Below, one piece after another: positions 25,418 through 35,636 of a stretch of DNA of 64,000 nt. Numbering within the stretch: the stretch's first letter is position 1; each line of letters begins with the position of its first letter. The notes under the pieces are model-generated. The model saw only the letters and a program-made list of their open reading frames with translations, did not search any database and was not told the origin of the DNA. Source of the stretch: an uncultured Bdellovibrionales bacterium (lineage in GTDB: Bacteria; Patescibacteriota; Minisyncoccia; Moranbacterales; UBA2206); the NCBI GenBank assembly GCA_964387895.1, contig CAYLWX010000002.1, positions 15,779 through 79,778 of the forward strand, in the 5' to 3' direction. A program made the position numbers and the translations under genes.

Positions 25418-26989
25418 TTACTTCCTTATCACCTTCCCCTCCCGCATTCCTGTATACTTTCCTTCGCTTACCGCGAGTTTTCCATTTACCAGCAAAAAAT
25501 CAACTCCCTTGCTGTATTGATACGGATTATCTACTGATGCTAAATCCTCTATTTTGTCCCGATCAATAACCGCAATATCCGCGAAATATTTTTCTTCTAT
25601 TTTTCCTCTTTGCGCGATATTAAACTTTTCCGCCGGAAAGGAAGTCATTTTTTTCACCGCTTCTTCCCATCCCATAATTCTCTTGCCCAGCACGTACCGG
25701 GAAAATATTTTTGGAAACGTACCAAAACTCCTCGGATGCACAAGCTCTCCTGATTTTGCGTGTTCCAGATTATATCCCGACCCATTGGTCGCTACAATAC
25801 CCAGAGGATGGACGAGAGCTTTTTCCATATTCTCTTTATTGAGTACCTCCATAGAGGTGATTACCCTGCCTTCGGAAGCCAGCAATACATCAATCACGGC
25901 ATCCTCCACCGATTTCCCCTGCGACTCCGCGATATCCAAGATCTTTTTACGGGTTAATGTTTTATTTAAAAGTGATATGGCAATCACTATCTTGGAATAA
26001 TCGAATCCTGATTCTCTCATTTCTTCCACCACTCTAGCTCGAATAGACGGATCTTTCAGCCGGCCCAGCATTATTTTTTTTCCTCCATCCGATACCCACT
26101 GAGGCAAAAGCGCGTAGAGCACAGACCCCGTATTCGTGTAGGGATACACATCAAAAGTAATATCAATTCCGCTTTCTCTGGCCTGGTTAATCTGGAAAAA
26201 GGCATCATCCATCAACTTCCAGTTCTTTTCTCCCATTACTTTCAAATGAGAAATATGCAGTTTTACTTTTGATTGTTTCGCGATATTAATCGCTTCTGAT
26301 ACTGCTTCAGTAAAATTTTCCACTTCGTCACGCACGTGTGTCACGTAGACGCCATTATACTCGCGGATAATTTTCGCAAGCCGCACCAATTCTTCAGCAG
26401 AAGCAGATCGCGCGTGCGTATATACCAACCCGGATGACATTCCCAGCGCGCCTTCCTCCATAGACCGGATCAGCATCTTTTCCACGTATGCCATCTCTTT
26501 TGCTTCCAGTGGCCGCATCTGATCCTTCAACACCCCTCTCCGCAATGTCCCATGTCCGGCAAGCGTGGCAAAATTAACTGACAGTTTCCTTTTCGCGACC
26601 ACTTCAAGGAATTCCTCCATACGCAGCCAGTTCACATTAATCTGTTTTATATTAGCCCATTTTTGAATCGACTGAATGGCATTAGGCACCGCCAGAGGCG
26701 CGAGAGAAGACCCGCAATTACCCCCTACTACAGTGGTAATGCCCTGATATATTAAACTTTCCAGGGCAGGATTGAGAAAAATCTGCCAATAGGTATCGCT
26801 GTGATTATTTACATCAATAAATCCAGGACATACAAAACGGTCCGCGGCATCAATCTCGACTTCCCATTTCTCATTATGCAATTCCCCTATTTTCGCGATT
26901 TTATCTTCCTTAATTCCTATATCCGCTTTATACATAGGGCGGCCGGTCCCGTCAAGTATCAGGCCATTTTTTATAATGATGTCGTACAT
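25418..26989 (-). CDS. N-acyl-D-amino-acid deacylase family amidohydrolase (D-aminoacylase-like)
   Basis: MYDIIIKNGLILDGTG...PGFIDVNNHSD, ~520-aa D-aminoacylase architecture. Confidence 0.65.
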   Translation of the reverse strand: MYDIIIKNGLILDGTGRPMYKADIGIKEDKIAKIGELHNEKWEVEIDAADRFVCPGFIDVNNHSDTYWQIFLNPALESLIYQGITTVVGGNCGSSLAPLAVPNAIQSIQKWANIKQINVNWLRMEEFLEVVAKRKLSVNFATLAGHGTLRRGVLKDQMRPLEAKEMAYVEKMLIRSMEEGALGMSSGLVYTHARSASAEELVRLAKIIREYNGVYVTHVRDEVENFTEAVSEAINIAKQSKVKLHISHLKVMGEKNWKLMDDAFFQINQARESGIDITFDVYPYTNTGSVLYALLPQWVSDGGKKIMLGRLKDPSIRARVVEEMRESGFDYSKIVIAISLLNKTLTRKKILDIAESQGKSVEDAVIDVLLASEGRVITSMEVLNKENMEKALVHPLGIVATNGSGYNLEHAKSGELVHPRSFGTFPKIFSRYVLGKRIMGWEEAVKKMTSFPAEKFNIAQRGKIEEKYFADIAVIDRDKIEDLASVDNPYQYSKGVDFLLVNGKLAVSEGKYTGMREGKVIRK

Positions 26990-27025
26990 GTTTTTGTGTT
27001 GGTATAATTATTAATATCTATGCCG

Positions 27026-27721
27026 TTAAAGCGCGATGCTCATAAAAAAGTTAAGTACTACATTAAGAAAAAAACCGAGAGGACCGGAAAAAAGAAGAAT
27101 GAACATAAGAAGCAGCACAAATCCGAATTGTTCCAGAAGTGCCAGTGTTTCGATTTTAAGAGGAAACAGCGCGAAAAGCAATTTTGATCCATCCAGGGGA
27201 GGAATAGGGATAAGATTAAAAAAAGCCAATAGTACATTCCAAAATATCACCATTACAGAAAGTTCGAAAAAAATTGATCCCAACGAACCGGAAATAACAG
27301 AAGGAATCTGGCTCCAATTGGAAAAATTAGTAATGATGTCTACTTTTACTGCCAGAGGTATATCAATAAACTTCGCGAGAATCGCAAATATCACGGCAAG
27401 GGCGATATTGATACCCGGACCCGCAAAGGCAACTGCCGCCGGTCCCCACTTCTGGCTTTTTAGATTATACGGATTATAGGGAACCGGCTTTGCTCCGCCA
27501 AACGCGAAACGCCCCCCCGTCATAATAAGCATCAAAACTGGCACCGCGATCGTCATCCATGGATCAATGTGGCTAACCGGATTTAGCGTAAGGCGCCCCG
27601 CGTACTTAGCCGTTTTATCGCCCAGCCATAATGCCGCCAAACCGTGAAATACCTCATGCAGTATGACTGAATAGGCAAAGATGATAAAATAGAACATTAT
27701 GAGCACTATCCCGCTTAACAT
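27026..27721 (-). CDS. site-2 protease family (M50) membrane metalloprotease
   Basis: HEVFHGLAA HExxH in a TM helix, NLIPIPPLDGSKLL LDG motif, multiple TM segments. Confidence 0.75.
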   Translation of the reverse strand: MLSGIVLIMFYFIIFAYSVILHEVFHGLAALWLGDKTAKYAGRLTLNPVSHIDPWMTIAVPVLMLIMTGGRFAFGGAKPVPYNPYNLKSQKWGPAAVAFAGPGINIALAVIFAILAKFIDIPLAVKVDIITNFSNWSQIPSVISGSLGSIFFELSVMVIFWNVLLAFFNLIPIPPLDGSKLLFALFPLKIETLALLEQFGFVLLLMFILLFSGPLGFFLNVVLNFFMSIAL

Positions 27722-27850
27722 AATAAGAAAACATCTATGTATTTACTTGCCAAATCTCAATCCTTATGATAAGGTAAATCTTGTAATAAATCAAATAAGA
27801 ATTCAGAATTATAACTGGTTATATAAAGTTATAATTTTTATTTTACCGGT

Positions 27851-28021
27851 ATGAGCAAAGTATGTGAACTCTGCGGTCGCGGCACGCAATTTGGAAACAA
27901 AAGAAGCCATTCTAATATCGCGACGAAAAGAAAATTTGGCATCAATCTTCAAGTAAAAACAATTGACGGAATACGAAAAAAGGTCTGCACCCGATGCTTA
28001 AAATCACGCGCGAAGAATTAA
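27851..28021 (+). CDS. rpmB: 50S ribosomal protein L28
   Basis: Not in the ORF track (56 aa). MSKVCELCGRGTQFGNKRSHSNIATKRKFGINLQVKTIDGIRKKVCTRCLKSRAKN matches L28. Confidence 0.85.
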   Translation: MSKVCELCGRGTQFGNKRSHSNIATKRKFGINLQVKTIDGIRKKVCTRCLKSRAKN

Positions 28022-28731
28022 AGATTGACTCTTCGATATTCTTCCGCGTAGCGCACGCCATACTTTTTTCCTGCTTCTTTGGCGAGACGAGTAAACATTT
28101 TTCGAAAAAAGACAAGAGAATCACACACAGGACCTAATTGGCTCTCATGAAAAGCGAGGGCTTTTATTTTTTTATTAAAACTTTTGGAAATGTCAACCGC
28201 GAAATTCGGTTCTTTAGCTACCGCGAGATACAATTCCCGCACTTCATGCGGTTCTGTATCTTCGCTTATGTAATCTTTATAGAAATGCCAATTACCGGCA
28301 GGTATGAGGCTGTTCAGCACAATCCACCCTACGGTCCTGTGGTCAACATGGTTTACATAATTTTCCATAAACACATTCGTAGGATCCGGAGCAATCACCG
28401 TGTCCGGTTTCCACTGGCGCACCAGTTTCACTATTTGCGCTCTGGCGGCATGATTGTCTTCAATCTCTCCATCCCGATGATCCAGAAAGACTACTTCTTT
28501 AATTCCCATGAAATGAGCGGATGCCAGCGTTTCTTTTTTTCTCGTTTGCACTAACTTTTTCAGGTTTTCATTCTTGCTTTGCGATCCTTTTTCCCCGTCA
28601 GTCATAACCGCAAGCACCACCCGATTTCCTCGGGAGGCAAATTCAATCATCGCCCCTCCGCACATAATTTCGGCGTCGTCAGGATGAGCGGTAACCACAA
28701 GGACTGTTTTGTATTTTGATTCTTTAAACAT
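28018..28731 (-). CDS. PIG-L/LmbE family deacetylase
   Basis: VLVVTAHPDDAEIMCGGAMI, the diagnostic AHPDDE metal-binding motif. Confidence 0.75.
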   Translation of the reverse strand: MFKESKYKTVLVVTAHPDDAEIMCGGAMIEFASRGNRVVLAVMTDGEKGSQSKNENLKKLVQTRKKETLASAHFMGIKEVVFLDHRDGEIEDNHAARAQIVKLVRQWKPDTVIAPDPTNVFMENYVNHVDHRTVGWIVLNSLIPAGNWHFYKDYISEDTEPHEVRELYLAVAKEPNFAVDISKSFNKKIKALAFHESQLGPVCDSLVFFRKMFTRLAKEAGKKYGVRYAEEYRRVNL

Positions 28732-28776
28732 ACGCGGTTTACTGTTCCATTATTTTCATCATTTCCTCTCCTATTT

Positions 28777-29877
28777 TTAATTTTTACCAAAAGAAGTCCT
28801 CAATTTCTGTTCTTTCTCAAATCTTTCCATTGCCAGCATAATAAGCCGGTCAATCAGCTCCGAATAAGAAACGCCGCCAGCCTTCCAAAGCTGGGGATAC
28901 ATACTGATAGAAGTGAATCCCGGAATGGTATTAATTTCATTTACCAGTACGGCGCCGTTCTTTTTCACGAAAAAATCCACTCTTCCCATTCCTTCGCATC
29001 CAAGCACTTTAAATGTTTCGACTGCCAGTTTCTTCACCCGCTCGGTTATTTTTCCGGGAAGTTTCGCCGGAATTTCGAGTGCCGCGCCGTTTTCATCAAT
29101 ATATTTGGCTTCATAGGAATAAAATTCGTGCTTTACCACTACTTCACCCGGCACCGAGGCGACTGGATGTTCATTTCCCAACACTGAACATTCAATTTCT
29201 CTTCCTGAAATGTGTTCTTCGATAATTATCTTAGTATCATATCGGAACGCGTCTTTCAGCGCCTGTTGAAATTCTTTTTCATTATGCACCTTATGTACTC
29301 CTACTGAAGAACCCAGGTTGGCAGGTTTCAGAAAAAAGGGCAGTCCTAATTTTTTTACCATATATGCATAGTCGGTTTTTTCCGAATCTCGAAAGACCAG
29401 AAAATTGGCTATCGGAATTCCCGCGTCCCGCAACAATCGTTTCATGACGTCTTTGTCCATCCCTACCGCCGAACCCAGCACTCCTGCTCCCACGAACGGA
29501 ATATTGGCCAGCTTCAAAAGTCCCTGCACTGTGCCGTCTTCACCGAAGGGACCGTGCAATACGGGAAACACTACATCTATGGATTCCTGCGTCTCGGGAT
29601 GAGACAAGCGGGATACTTTCCCCTCGCTCTCCGGCACCAGTGCCACACGTTCACTGACTATGTCTTCCCTTGAACGCTCAATCGCCTTCGCGCCCAAAAG
29701 CGCGCGCGATTTCCCTCCCCATATCCACTTCCCGCCCTTGTCAATCCCGATAAGCACGGGGTTATATTTTTTCTTATCCATTGCCTCCACAATATTCTTC
29801 GCCGACCGCAACGACACTTCATGTTCGGCGGACTTTCCTCCAAAAAGGATCACCACGTTGATTTTTTTCCTGGGCAT
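28777..29877 (-). CDS. ddl: D-alanine--D-alanine ligase
   Basis: INVVILFGGKSAEHEVSLRSAKNI N-terminus, ATP-grasp core. Confidence 0.85.
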   Translation of the reverse strand: MPRKKINVVILFGGKSAEHEVSLRSAKNIVEAMDKKKYNPVLIGIDKGGKWIWGGKSRALLGAKAIERSREDIVSERVALVPESEGKVSRLSHPETQESIDVVFPVLHGPFGEDGTVQGLLKLANIPFVGAGVLGSAVGMDKDVMKRLLRDAGIPIANFLVFRDSEKTDYAYMVKKLGLPFFLKPANLGSSVGVHKVHNEKEFQQALKDAFRYDTKIIIEEHISGREIECSVLGNEHPVASVPGEVVVKHEFYSYEAKYIDENGAALEIPAKLPGKITERVKKLAVETFKVLGCEGMGRVDFFVKKNGAVLVNEINTIPGFTSISMYPQLWKAGGVSYSELIDRLIMLAMERFEKEQKLRTSFGKN

Positions 29878-30043
29878 AAGTATTGAATTAGTTTTTTTCT
29901 TAATTATCGTACCCCAAATTGCCGGCTCAGCATCCTATGACCTGAACCGTATGGTTCTTTTTTACAGTACCTCAACTGCATAAAAAATGGAAGAGGCCCG
30001 CAAGACAGATGCTCGCGAGCCTCAAAATATGTCAGGAGAAAAA

Positions 30044-30223
30044 CTATGTTTTACCAATATATCTAAAAATAATCTTATACGCCAAGAAACACATTGCTAT
30101 GCCTCCCAAAGCAAACACCATGCTTGCGTAAACATATTTCAAAAGAAGACATCCAGCTCCTGCTAACATTAATACCATGGACATAGCAAACGCTCTTATT
30201 GTAACTTTCTTCTTATCCTGCAT
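30044..30223 (-). CDS. small hypothetical membrane protein
   Basis: MQDKKKVTIRAFAMSMVLMLAGAGCLLL... with two TM helices. Start chosen to abut the purD stop. Confidence 0.35.
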   Translation of the reverse strand: MQDKKKVTIRAFAMSMVLMLAGAGCLLLKYVYASMVFALGGIAMCFLAYKIIFRYIGKT

Positions 30224-30224
30224 G

Positions 30225-31538
30225 TTACTCCCCTCCCTCCATAGCCTTCTTTCCAATATCGGTGCGATAATGCATGCCTTCAAACTTTATGCAACGCACT
30301 CCCAAATACGCAAGATCAATCGCTTCTTTCAGCATATCCCCAACCGCCGTTACTCCTACTACGCGTCCTCCGGAAGTAACCATCTGGCCACCGACATATC
30401 TGGTCCCGGCATGAAACACTGTCACGCCGGGAATTTTTTCTGCCTCATCAATACCGTAAATAGGAAATCCCGTTTCATATTTACCGGGGTATCCTCCAGA
30501 AGCCATGACCACACACACGGCAAAACCTTGCCGCCATTTAAGACTGATTTCCGAAAGCTTTCCTTCCACGCAGGCTTTTAAGACATCGAACAAGTCATTC
30601 TTTAGTAAGGGCATATATACCTGGGTTTCCGGATCCCCAAAGCGTCCATTAACCTCAAGCACCTGGGGTCCCGCAGGTGTCATTTTGAATCCCGGGTACA
30701 AGCAACCCGTGAATGGAAACCTGTATTTCTCCATAGCAACAAGAATATTTCGCACGATTTCATTGAACGCTGCCATGTCCGCATTATTGATTTGGGACAA
30801 TGGAGAAACAGCGCCCATTCCGCCGGTATTTTCTCCCCGGTCTCCATCTCCTACAGATTTATGGTCCTGCGAGGGAGGAAATAATTGAAAGTCATTTCCA
30901 TCACAAAGCGCGTGAATGGAAACTTCCGGACCGGGAATAAAATCCTCAATCACTACTTCGTTGCACGCGGTTCCGTATACGCGATCAAGCATCATTTCCC
31001 TAAGCGCCTGCTCCTCCTCTTCCAGAATATTGCATACGCGCACACCTTTTCCAGCTGCCAGTCCGCTGGCTTTTATAACACTCAAGCAACCGTGCCCGCG
31101 AATATAGGCTAAAGCGGCTTCGTAACCTTCCTGGTCGCCAGAAAATATCTCAAACGGAGCGGTGGGAATCCCGGCTAAGCTCATAAGCCTTTTGGCAAAT
31201 GCCTTAGACGCCTCTATTGTCATTGAGAATTTTGTGGGACCGAAAATAGGAAGTTCTCGCGATTGAAATAAATCAACTATTCCCAACGCAAGGGCATCTT
31301 CTCCTCCCACAATGGTAAGGCCTACTTGATGCTTCTCCGCAAAGTCGGCCAGCTCCACAACATCTCTTCCGTGAAGCGGGATATTTCCTAACATCTCCCA
31401 GGTTCCCCCGTTGCCCGGCGCGACATAGATAGTTTCCACTTTTGGCGATTGCTTTAACTTCCATGCCAACGCGTGCTCTCTTCCTCCGTAACCAATAACT
31501 AAAACGTTCTCACCCATCTCCACTTTCTCCTTTTTCAA
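30225..31538 (-). CDS. purD: phosphoribosylamine--glycine ligase
   Basis: VLVIGYGGREHALAWKL, ATP-grasp. Full-length PurD. No other pur genes adjacent. Confidence 0.85.
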   Translation of the reverse strand: MKKEKVEMGENVLVIGYGGREHALAWKLKQSPKVETIYVAPGNGGTWEMLGNIPLHGRDVVELADFAEKHQVGLTIVGGEDALALGIVDLFQSRELPIFGPTKFSMTIEASKAFAKRLMSLAGIPTAPFEIFSGDQEGYEAALAYIRGHGCLSVIKASGLAAGKGVRVCNILEEEEQALREMMLDRVYGTACNEVVIEDFIPGPEVSIHALCDGNDFQLFPPSQDHKSVGDGDRGENTGGMGAVSPLSQINNADMAAFNEIVRNILVAMEKYRFPFTGCLYPGFKMTPAGPQVLEVNGRFGDPETQVYMPLLKNDLFDVLKACVEGKLSEISLKWRQGFAVCVVMASGGYPGKYETGFPIYGIDEAEKIPGVTVFHAGTRYVGGQMVTSGGRVVGVTAVGDMLKEAIDLAYLGVRCIKFEGMHYRTDIGKKAMEGGE

Positions 31539-31758
31539 GGTACTGCGTTAAAAATTGAATCGCCCTCCTTCTTACAATGCTTCCATTAAAGCGTATCCTG
31601 GAAAAAAAGAAAAGAGCAGACTGGAATTTTTCCTCCTGGAATCTCTCATTGCACCTTATTTAGCGTACTCCTGAATTATACCTCTTAAAAACCAAATAGT
31701 TCCAAAAGACAATAAGTGCCCGCAAAGCTGATGCTCTGCGGGCACTCGGAAAAACCAG

Positions 31759-31846
31759 CGGAGAGGGTGGGATTCGAACCCACGGTCCGCTTAGGGCGGA
31801 CAACGGTTTTCAAGACCGCCGCATTCGACCGCTCTGCCACCTCTCC
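31759..31846 (-). tRNA. tRNA-Ser (anticodon TGA), long variable arm, no encoded CCA
   Basis: Reverse complement GGAGAGGTGGCAGAGCGGTCGAATGCGGCGGTCTTGAAAACCGTTGTCCGCCCTAAGCGGACCGTGGGTTCGAATCCCACCCTCTCCG. Confidence 0.85.
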
Positions 31847-31923
31847 GTAATAAAGAAATCATACCAATTGGAAATGAGATTGTAAATATGCTACCATAAA
31901 GCAAGAATAAAAAAATATGTTCT

Positions 31924-32487
31924 ATGTACGTAGAAGAATTTAGAAATAATAAAGAACCTTCAGACAACAAGCTTATTCCCACCGAGAGAAGATTGCCCCC
32001 CGGCACGGTACTCAAGAAACTGCCCAGCGGAGTAGTCATGCATTGGCAAGCTCCGGAATATGAAACATTTGAAAAAGACAGAACATGGTACGCGATTATA
32101 TCTTTACTGCTTGTTAGTGTTATCGGATACGCCATATATACTGACAGCCCGATCATGGCTATCACTTTTATCCTTATAGGCGTAGTAGGTTATATATTTT
32201 TAAACCGCGATCCGCGACTAATGGACTTTGCTATCACCCATCAGGGCATCATTGCGGGAAGAGAAATATATGAGTTCGAAAATATCCAGTCTTTCTGGAT
32301 TTTTTACGAACCGCATGACATAAAAGTGATAAGCCTGCATACAAAAAACAGGCTGCTTCCCTTTGTGCATATTCCGATTCACCAGGAAAATCCCCTTGAA
32401 GTTCGTAATTTTCTCTTGGAATATATTCCTGAAATAAAACAGGAGCCAAGCCTTGTAGACACTTTCGAGAGAATATTAAAAATATAG
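31924..32487 (+). CDS. hypothetical membrane protein
   Basis: 187 aa with two central TM helices. Confidence 0.4.
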   Translation: MYVEEFRNNKEPSDNKLIPTERRLPPGTVLKKLPSGVVMHWQAPEYETFEKDRTWYAIISLLLVSVIGYAIYTDSPIMAITFILIGVVGYIFLNRDPRLMDFAITHQGIIAGREIYEFENIQSFWIFYEPHDIKVISLHTKNRLLPFVHIPIHQENPLEVRNFLLEYIPEIKQEPSLVDTFERILKI

Positions 32488-32566
32488 ATGATTATTTCTT
32501 AAGGAACGGTAATTAAAAAAATAATCCCGATTGCTCGGGATTATTTTTTATATCGTACAAACTCAA

Positions 32567-32812
32567 TTAGAATCTGTCTCTCCTTCCTCCTCCGAATCCT
32601 CCTCCGTTTCCAAAGGGTCTTCGAGGCCTGTTTTGGATTCTTTTCTTGTTACATTCGTAACAATAGAGTTTTCCATAAGTATCATCTTCTTTCTTGGTCG
32701 GTTCAAATGGAAGCTTTTCGATAGCTGTTCCACATTCCGCGCAAGTGATACCTAACGAAGACACATCCACCATTTCTCTTTGTGGACGAGTCGCATTATC
32801 TTGATAAGCCAT
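32567..32812 (-). CDS. hypothetical zinc-ribbon protein with C-terminal RGG/Gly-rich tail
   Basis: CAECG...CYECNKKR (CxxC-x19-CxxC) followed by RPRRPFGNGGGFGGGRRDRF. Confidence 0.4.
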   Translation of the reverse strand: MAYQDNATRPQREMVDVSSLGITCAECGTAIEKLPFEPTKKEDDTYGKLYCYECNKKRIQNRPRRPFGNGGGFGGGRRDRF

Positions 32813-32991
32813 TAAAATATAGTCACCTCGCTTTCTAAAATTCTTCCCCTGGGGGAAATTAATTTCGGTGACTTACTCTAATAGCCCATCTAAATAGAAA
32901 CTAGATAACTAATTGAAATATTCACCTTGCTAAGAGTGTAGCACAAGATTAAAACAAAGTCAAGCAAGCCTTCTTTCCATATATTGGCGGA

Positions 32992-33984
32992 TTATCTTGA
33001 TATATGCTCCGCCATCTCGACTAAACGGTGCGAATACCCCCATTCATTGTCATACCAGCCTACCACTTTAGCCATAGGTCCGTTTACCATAGTAAGCGGC
33101 AAATCCACCACGGCTGAATGCGTGTCACCTTTAAAATCCATGGAAACCAAAGGTTCTTCCGTAACACTTAGAATACCTTTTAATCCATTTTGAGACGATT
33201 CTTTGAACGCCTGGTTAATTTCTTCCGCGCTGGCTTCGCGTTTCAAGGTGCAAATAAAATCAACGATGGACACCACGGGAGTCGGTACGCGAAGCGCGAT
33301 GCCGTCCAGCTTTCCTTCCAGATTTTTCAACGCTTTGCCCACCGTCCTGGCAGCGCCAGTCGTAGTGGGAATAATATTCAACGCGGCCGCTCTGGCTCGG
33401 CGTAAATCTTTGTGGGGAAGATCCTGAATTCGCTGATCATTAGTGTAAGAATGCGTGGTAGTCATAAATCCCCTTTCCACGCCAAAATTTTCATCCAAAA
33501 CTTTGATCATCGGCGCGAGACAATTAGTCGTGCAGGAGCCATTGGAAATAATTTCTTCTCCTTCATACTCCTCCGCGTTTACTCCCAGAAGATATACGGG
33601 AATGTCATCCTTGGGAGGGGCGGACAAAATTACTTTTTTTGCTCCCGCCGCGAGATGTTTTCCCGCCGCTTCTTTGGTATCAAATACTCCCGTACATTCA
33701 AGCACAATATCCACGCCCAATTCTCTCCAGGGAAGCTCTCCGGGATCTTTACTGCGGAAGTACTTGATTCTTGTCCCGTCTATAATCAACTCGGATTTTT
33801 CCTCATCTACCGTAACCTCACGCCCGTATCGTCCGTAAGAAGAATCAAATTTCAGCAAATGTGTCGCAGTCGCGAGATCACACAAATCATTTACCGCCAC
33901 GACTTCCAATTCATCTTTCTCGAAGGCGATTTTGCACGCCAACCGGCCGATCCGGCCAAACCCGTTAATAGCGATTTTTATCAT
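32992..33984 (-). CDS. gap: glyceraldehyde-3-phosphate dehydrogenase
   Basis: MIKIAINGFGRIGR...SCTTNCLAP catalytic Cys motif. Confidence 0.9.
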   Translation of the reverse strand: MIKIAINGFGRIGRLACKIAFEKDELEVVAVNDLCDLATATHLLKFDSSYGRYGREVTVDEEKSELIIDGTRIKYFRSKDPGELPWRELGVDIVLECTGVFDTKEAAGKHLAAGAKKVILSAPPKDDIPVYLLGVNAEEYEGEEIISNGSCTTNCLAPMIKVLDENFGVERGFMTTTHSYTNDQRIQDLPHKDLRRARAAALNIIPTTTGAARTVGKALKNLEGKLDGIALRVPTPVVSIVDFICTLKREASAEEINQAFKESSQNGLKGILSVTEEPLVSMDFKGDTHSAVVDLPLTMVNGPMAKVVGWYDNEWGYSHRLVEMAEHISR

Positions 33985-34011
33985 ACTATTATTTTAAAAT
34001 TATTATCAGAT

Positions 34012-34287
34012 TTATTCAGCTTCTATACTTTCTATTCTCCATACATCTCCCCCTGCTCTCTTTATTTCAAATCTCGCCCCTTCCAACACGGTATTCTTCG
34101 CCAGACTTTCTAATCCAAACTGTAAATTTTCCATGTTTATCTCTTCCGCGTGATCAGGCATCCCGTCATGCGAGAACGCGATGCTTCCTATCTCTAAACG
34201 CACCGCGGAAATTTTTTTTAATTTCTTCTCTTGCGCCACTTCCATAACTTTTCCAATTATTTCTTTGGCCAGAAAAAAATCATGCAT
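34012..34287 (-). CDS. HypA-like nickel-insertion protein, truncated (N-terminal MHD/MHE Ni-binding start but no C-terminal CxxC...CxxC zinc finger)
   Basis: Start set at MHDFFLAKEII (HypA begins MHE). 91 aa. No Cys pairs in the C-terminal part. Confidence 0.45.
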   Translation of the reverse strand: MHDFFLAKEIIGKVMEVAQEKKLKKISAVRLEIGSIAFSHDGMPDHAEEINMENLQFGLESLAKNTVLEGARFEIKRAGGDVWRIESIEAE

Positions 34288-34293
34288 ACTGTT

Positions 34294-34373
34294 TATGGAA
34301 CATAAAACATGGAACATGGAAAAAAATTTAAAATAATTTGTTCCATGTTATGTGTTCCATGTTTCATGTTTTT
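34294..34373. repeat. family-C dyad element (ACATGGA 7-mer inverted arrays around an A/T centre)
   Basis: ggaacataaaacatggaacatggaaaaaaatttaaaataatttgttccatgttatgtgttccatgtttcatg. Between the hydrogenase large-subunit stop and the HypA-like start. Confidence 0.65.
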
Positions 34374-35632
34374 TAGTGTACCGCGCAACTTATACACGGA
34401 TCATATGCTCTGATAAACGCTCTTAATTTCTTTTCTCTTTCTTTCTCAGGTAAGTCCACCACTTCAGGGATATAGGCTTTTATGTCATCCTCAAGATTGG
34501 ATAAAAATTGAGCGGTAGGAGTAATAATATTCACATTCTTTACGTATCCCTTCGCGTCTACCTCTGTATGATAATAGAGCGTGCCTCTGGGCGCTTCCAC
34601 CGCTGCCACACCAACCCCTTCCCGCGGGATATACTCTTTAGTTACCACTTGATTCAAATCGGCATTTAACAAAAGCCGCAACATTCTTCCTGATTCCTCC
34701 ACCGCGTGAATTACTTCTACCATTTGCGCCAGCACATTATGGAAAGGATTATAGTCCGGAAACTTCCACTGCAAAGAAGACAAATATTTTTCCGCCGCGG
34801 GAGAAAGCGCCATATGGTTTATATTCACTCTCGCGATTGCTCCTGTCATATAACTCTTTCCGTTGTGTTCCACTCTTTTTACTACCTCATGTTGTTTTTG
34901 CAGTTCGGAAAAATTGGATTCGAATTTGTCCACCGGTATATGCAACCCGTCGGAAGACACAATGTCCCCGTCATATACCGCGTACTCGTTTTTTTTCTGG
35001 AGACATACATATTCCGTATTCCGGGAAAAATACGGCAAGGTGATCTTCTTGAAAAATTCTCCCAGCTCCAACGCGTGCCGCAGTGTTTCTTCGCTATGCT
35101 CTATAATCTTTTTCACTGCCTCCGCGTCCGGCACTTTTTTGAATCCTCCTACCTCATTAGTGAGGGGATGCACGACTCGTCCTCCGATCACCCGCACGAT
35201 ATCCATGCCATATTCCCTGATCTTGATCGCTTTTTTGGCTTCTTCAGGATGTTCTTTGACCAATTGCAAATCGTTGCTGATATCCAGAAAATCAGCCAGC
35301 GATAAAAAGAAAAGATGCAGCCCGTGAGAGTGAATAATTTGTCCCAGCTCCAGAACCGCGCGAAGTTGCTCCGTCTCGCGGGTTACCATTACCCCCATTG
35401 CGTTTTCAAGGGATTTTATGGAAGTTAGATTGTGCACTACAGGACAAATCCCGCAAATCCGTTGCGCGATAACCGGCACATCTTTGTAGTGGCGTCCGAC
35501 TAAAATTCCTTCAATCAGGCGAATTCCCTCCTGCACTTCAATTTTTGCTTTGCGCACGTCACCTTTCAACACGCTGGCCATAAACCCCGCGTGCCCTTCC
35601 ATTTTTGCTACATGTTGTATGAGAATATCCAT
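34373..35632 (-). CDS. [NiFe]-hydrogenase large (catalytic) subunit, group-3-like, ending exactly at the DPCxxCxxH motif (no C-terminal extension)
   Basis: N-terminal RICGICPVVH (RxCGxCxxxH) and C-terminal DPCISCAVH-stop. Start set at MDILIQHVAKMEGHAGF (the ORF track extends to 35698, overlapping the small subunit). Confidence 0.8.
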   Translation of the reverse strand: MDILIQHVAKMEGHAGFMASVLKGDVRKAKIEVQEGIRLIEGILVGRHYKDVPVIAQRICGICPVVHNLTSIKSLENAMGVMVTRETEQLRAVLELGQIIHSHGLHLFFLSLADFLDISNDLQLVKEHPEEAKKAIKIREYGMDIVRVIGGRVVHPLTNEVGGFKKVPDAEAVKKIIEHSEETLRHALELGEFFKKITLPYFSRNTEYVCLQKKNEYAVYDGDIVSSDGLHIPVDKFESNFSELQKQHEVVKRVEHNGKSYMTGAIARVNINHMALSPAAEKYLSSLQWKFPDYNPFHNVLAQMVEVIHAVEESGRMLRLLLNADLNQVVTKEYIPREGVGVAAVEAPRGTLYYHTEVDAKGYVKNVNIITPTAQFLSNLEDDIKAYIPEVVDLPEKEREKKLRAFIRAYDPCISCAVH

Positions 35633-35636
35633 AATA

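Noticed and set aside
27740-27790. Sigma70 promoter for rpmB (TTGCCA ... TATGAT)
   Set aside because: The spacer between the candidate hexamers is ~12 bp, too short. No better pair was found, so it is left unannotated.
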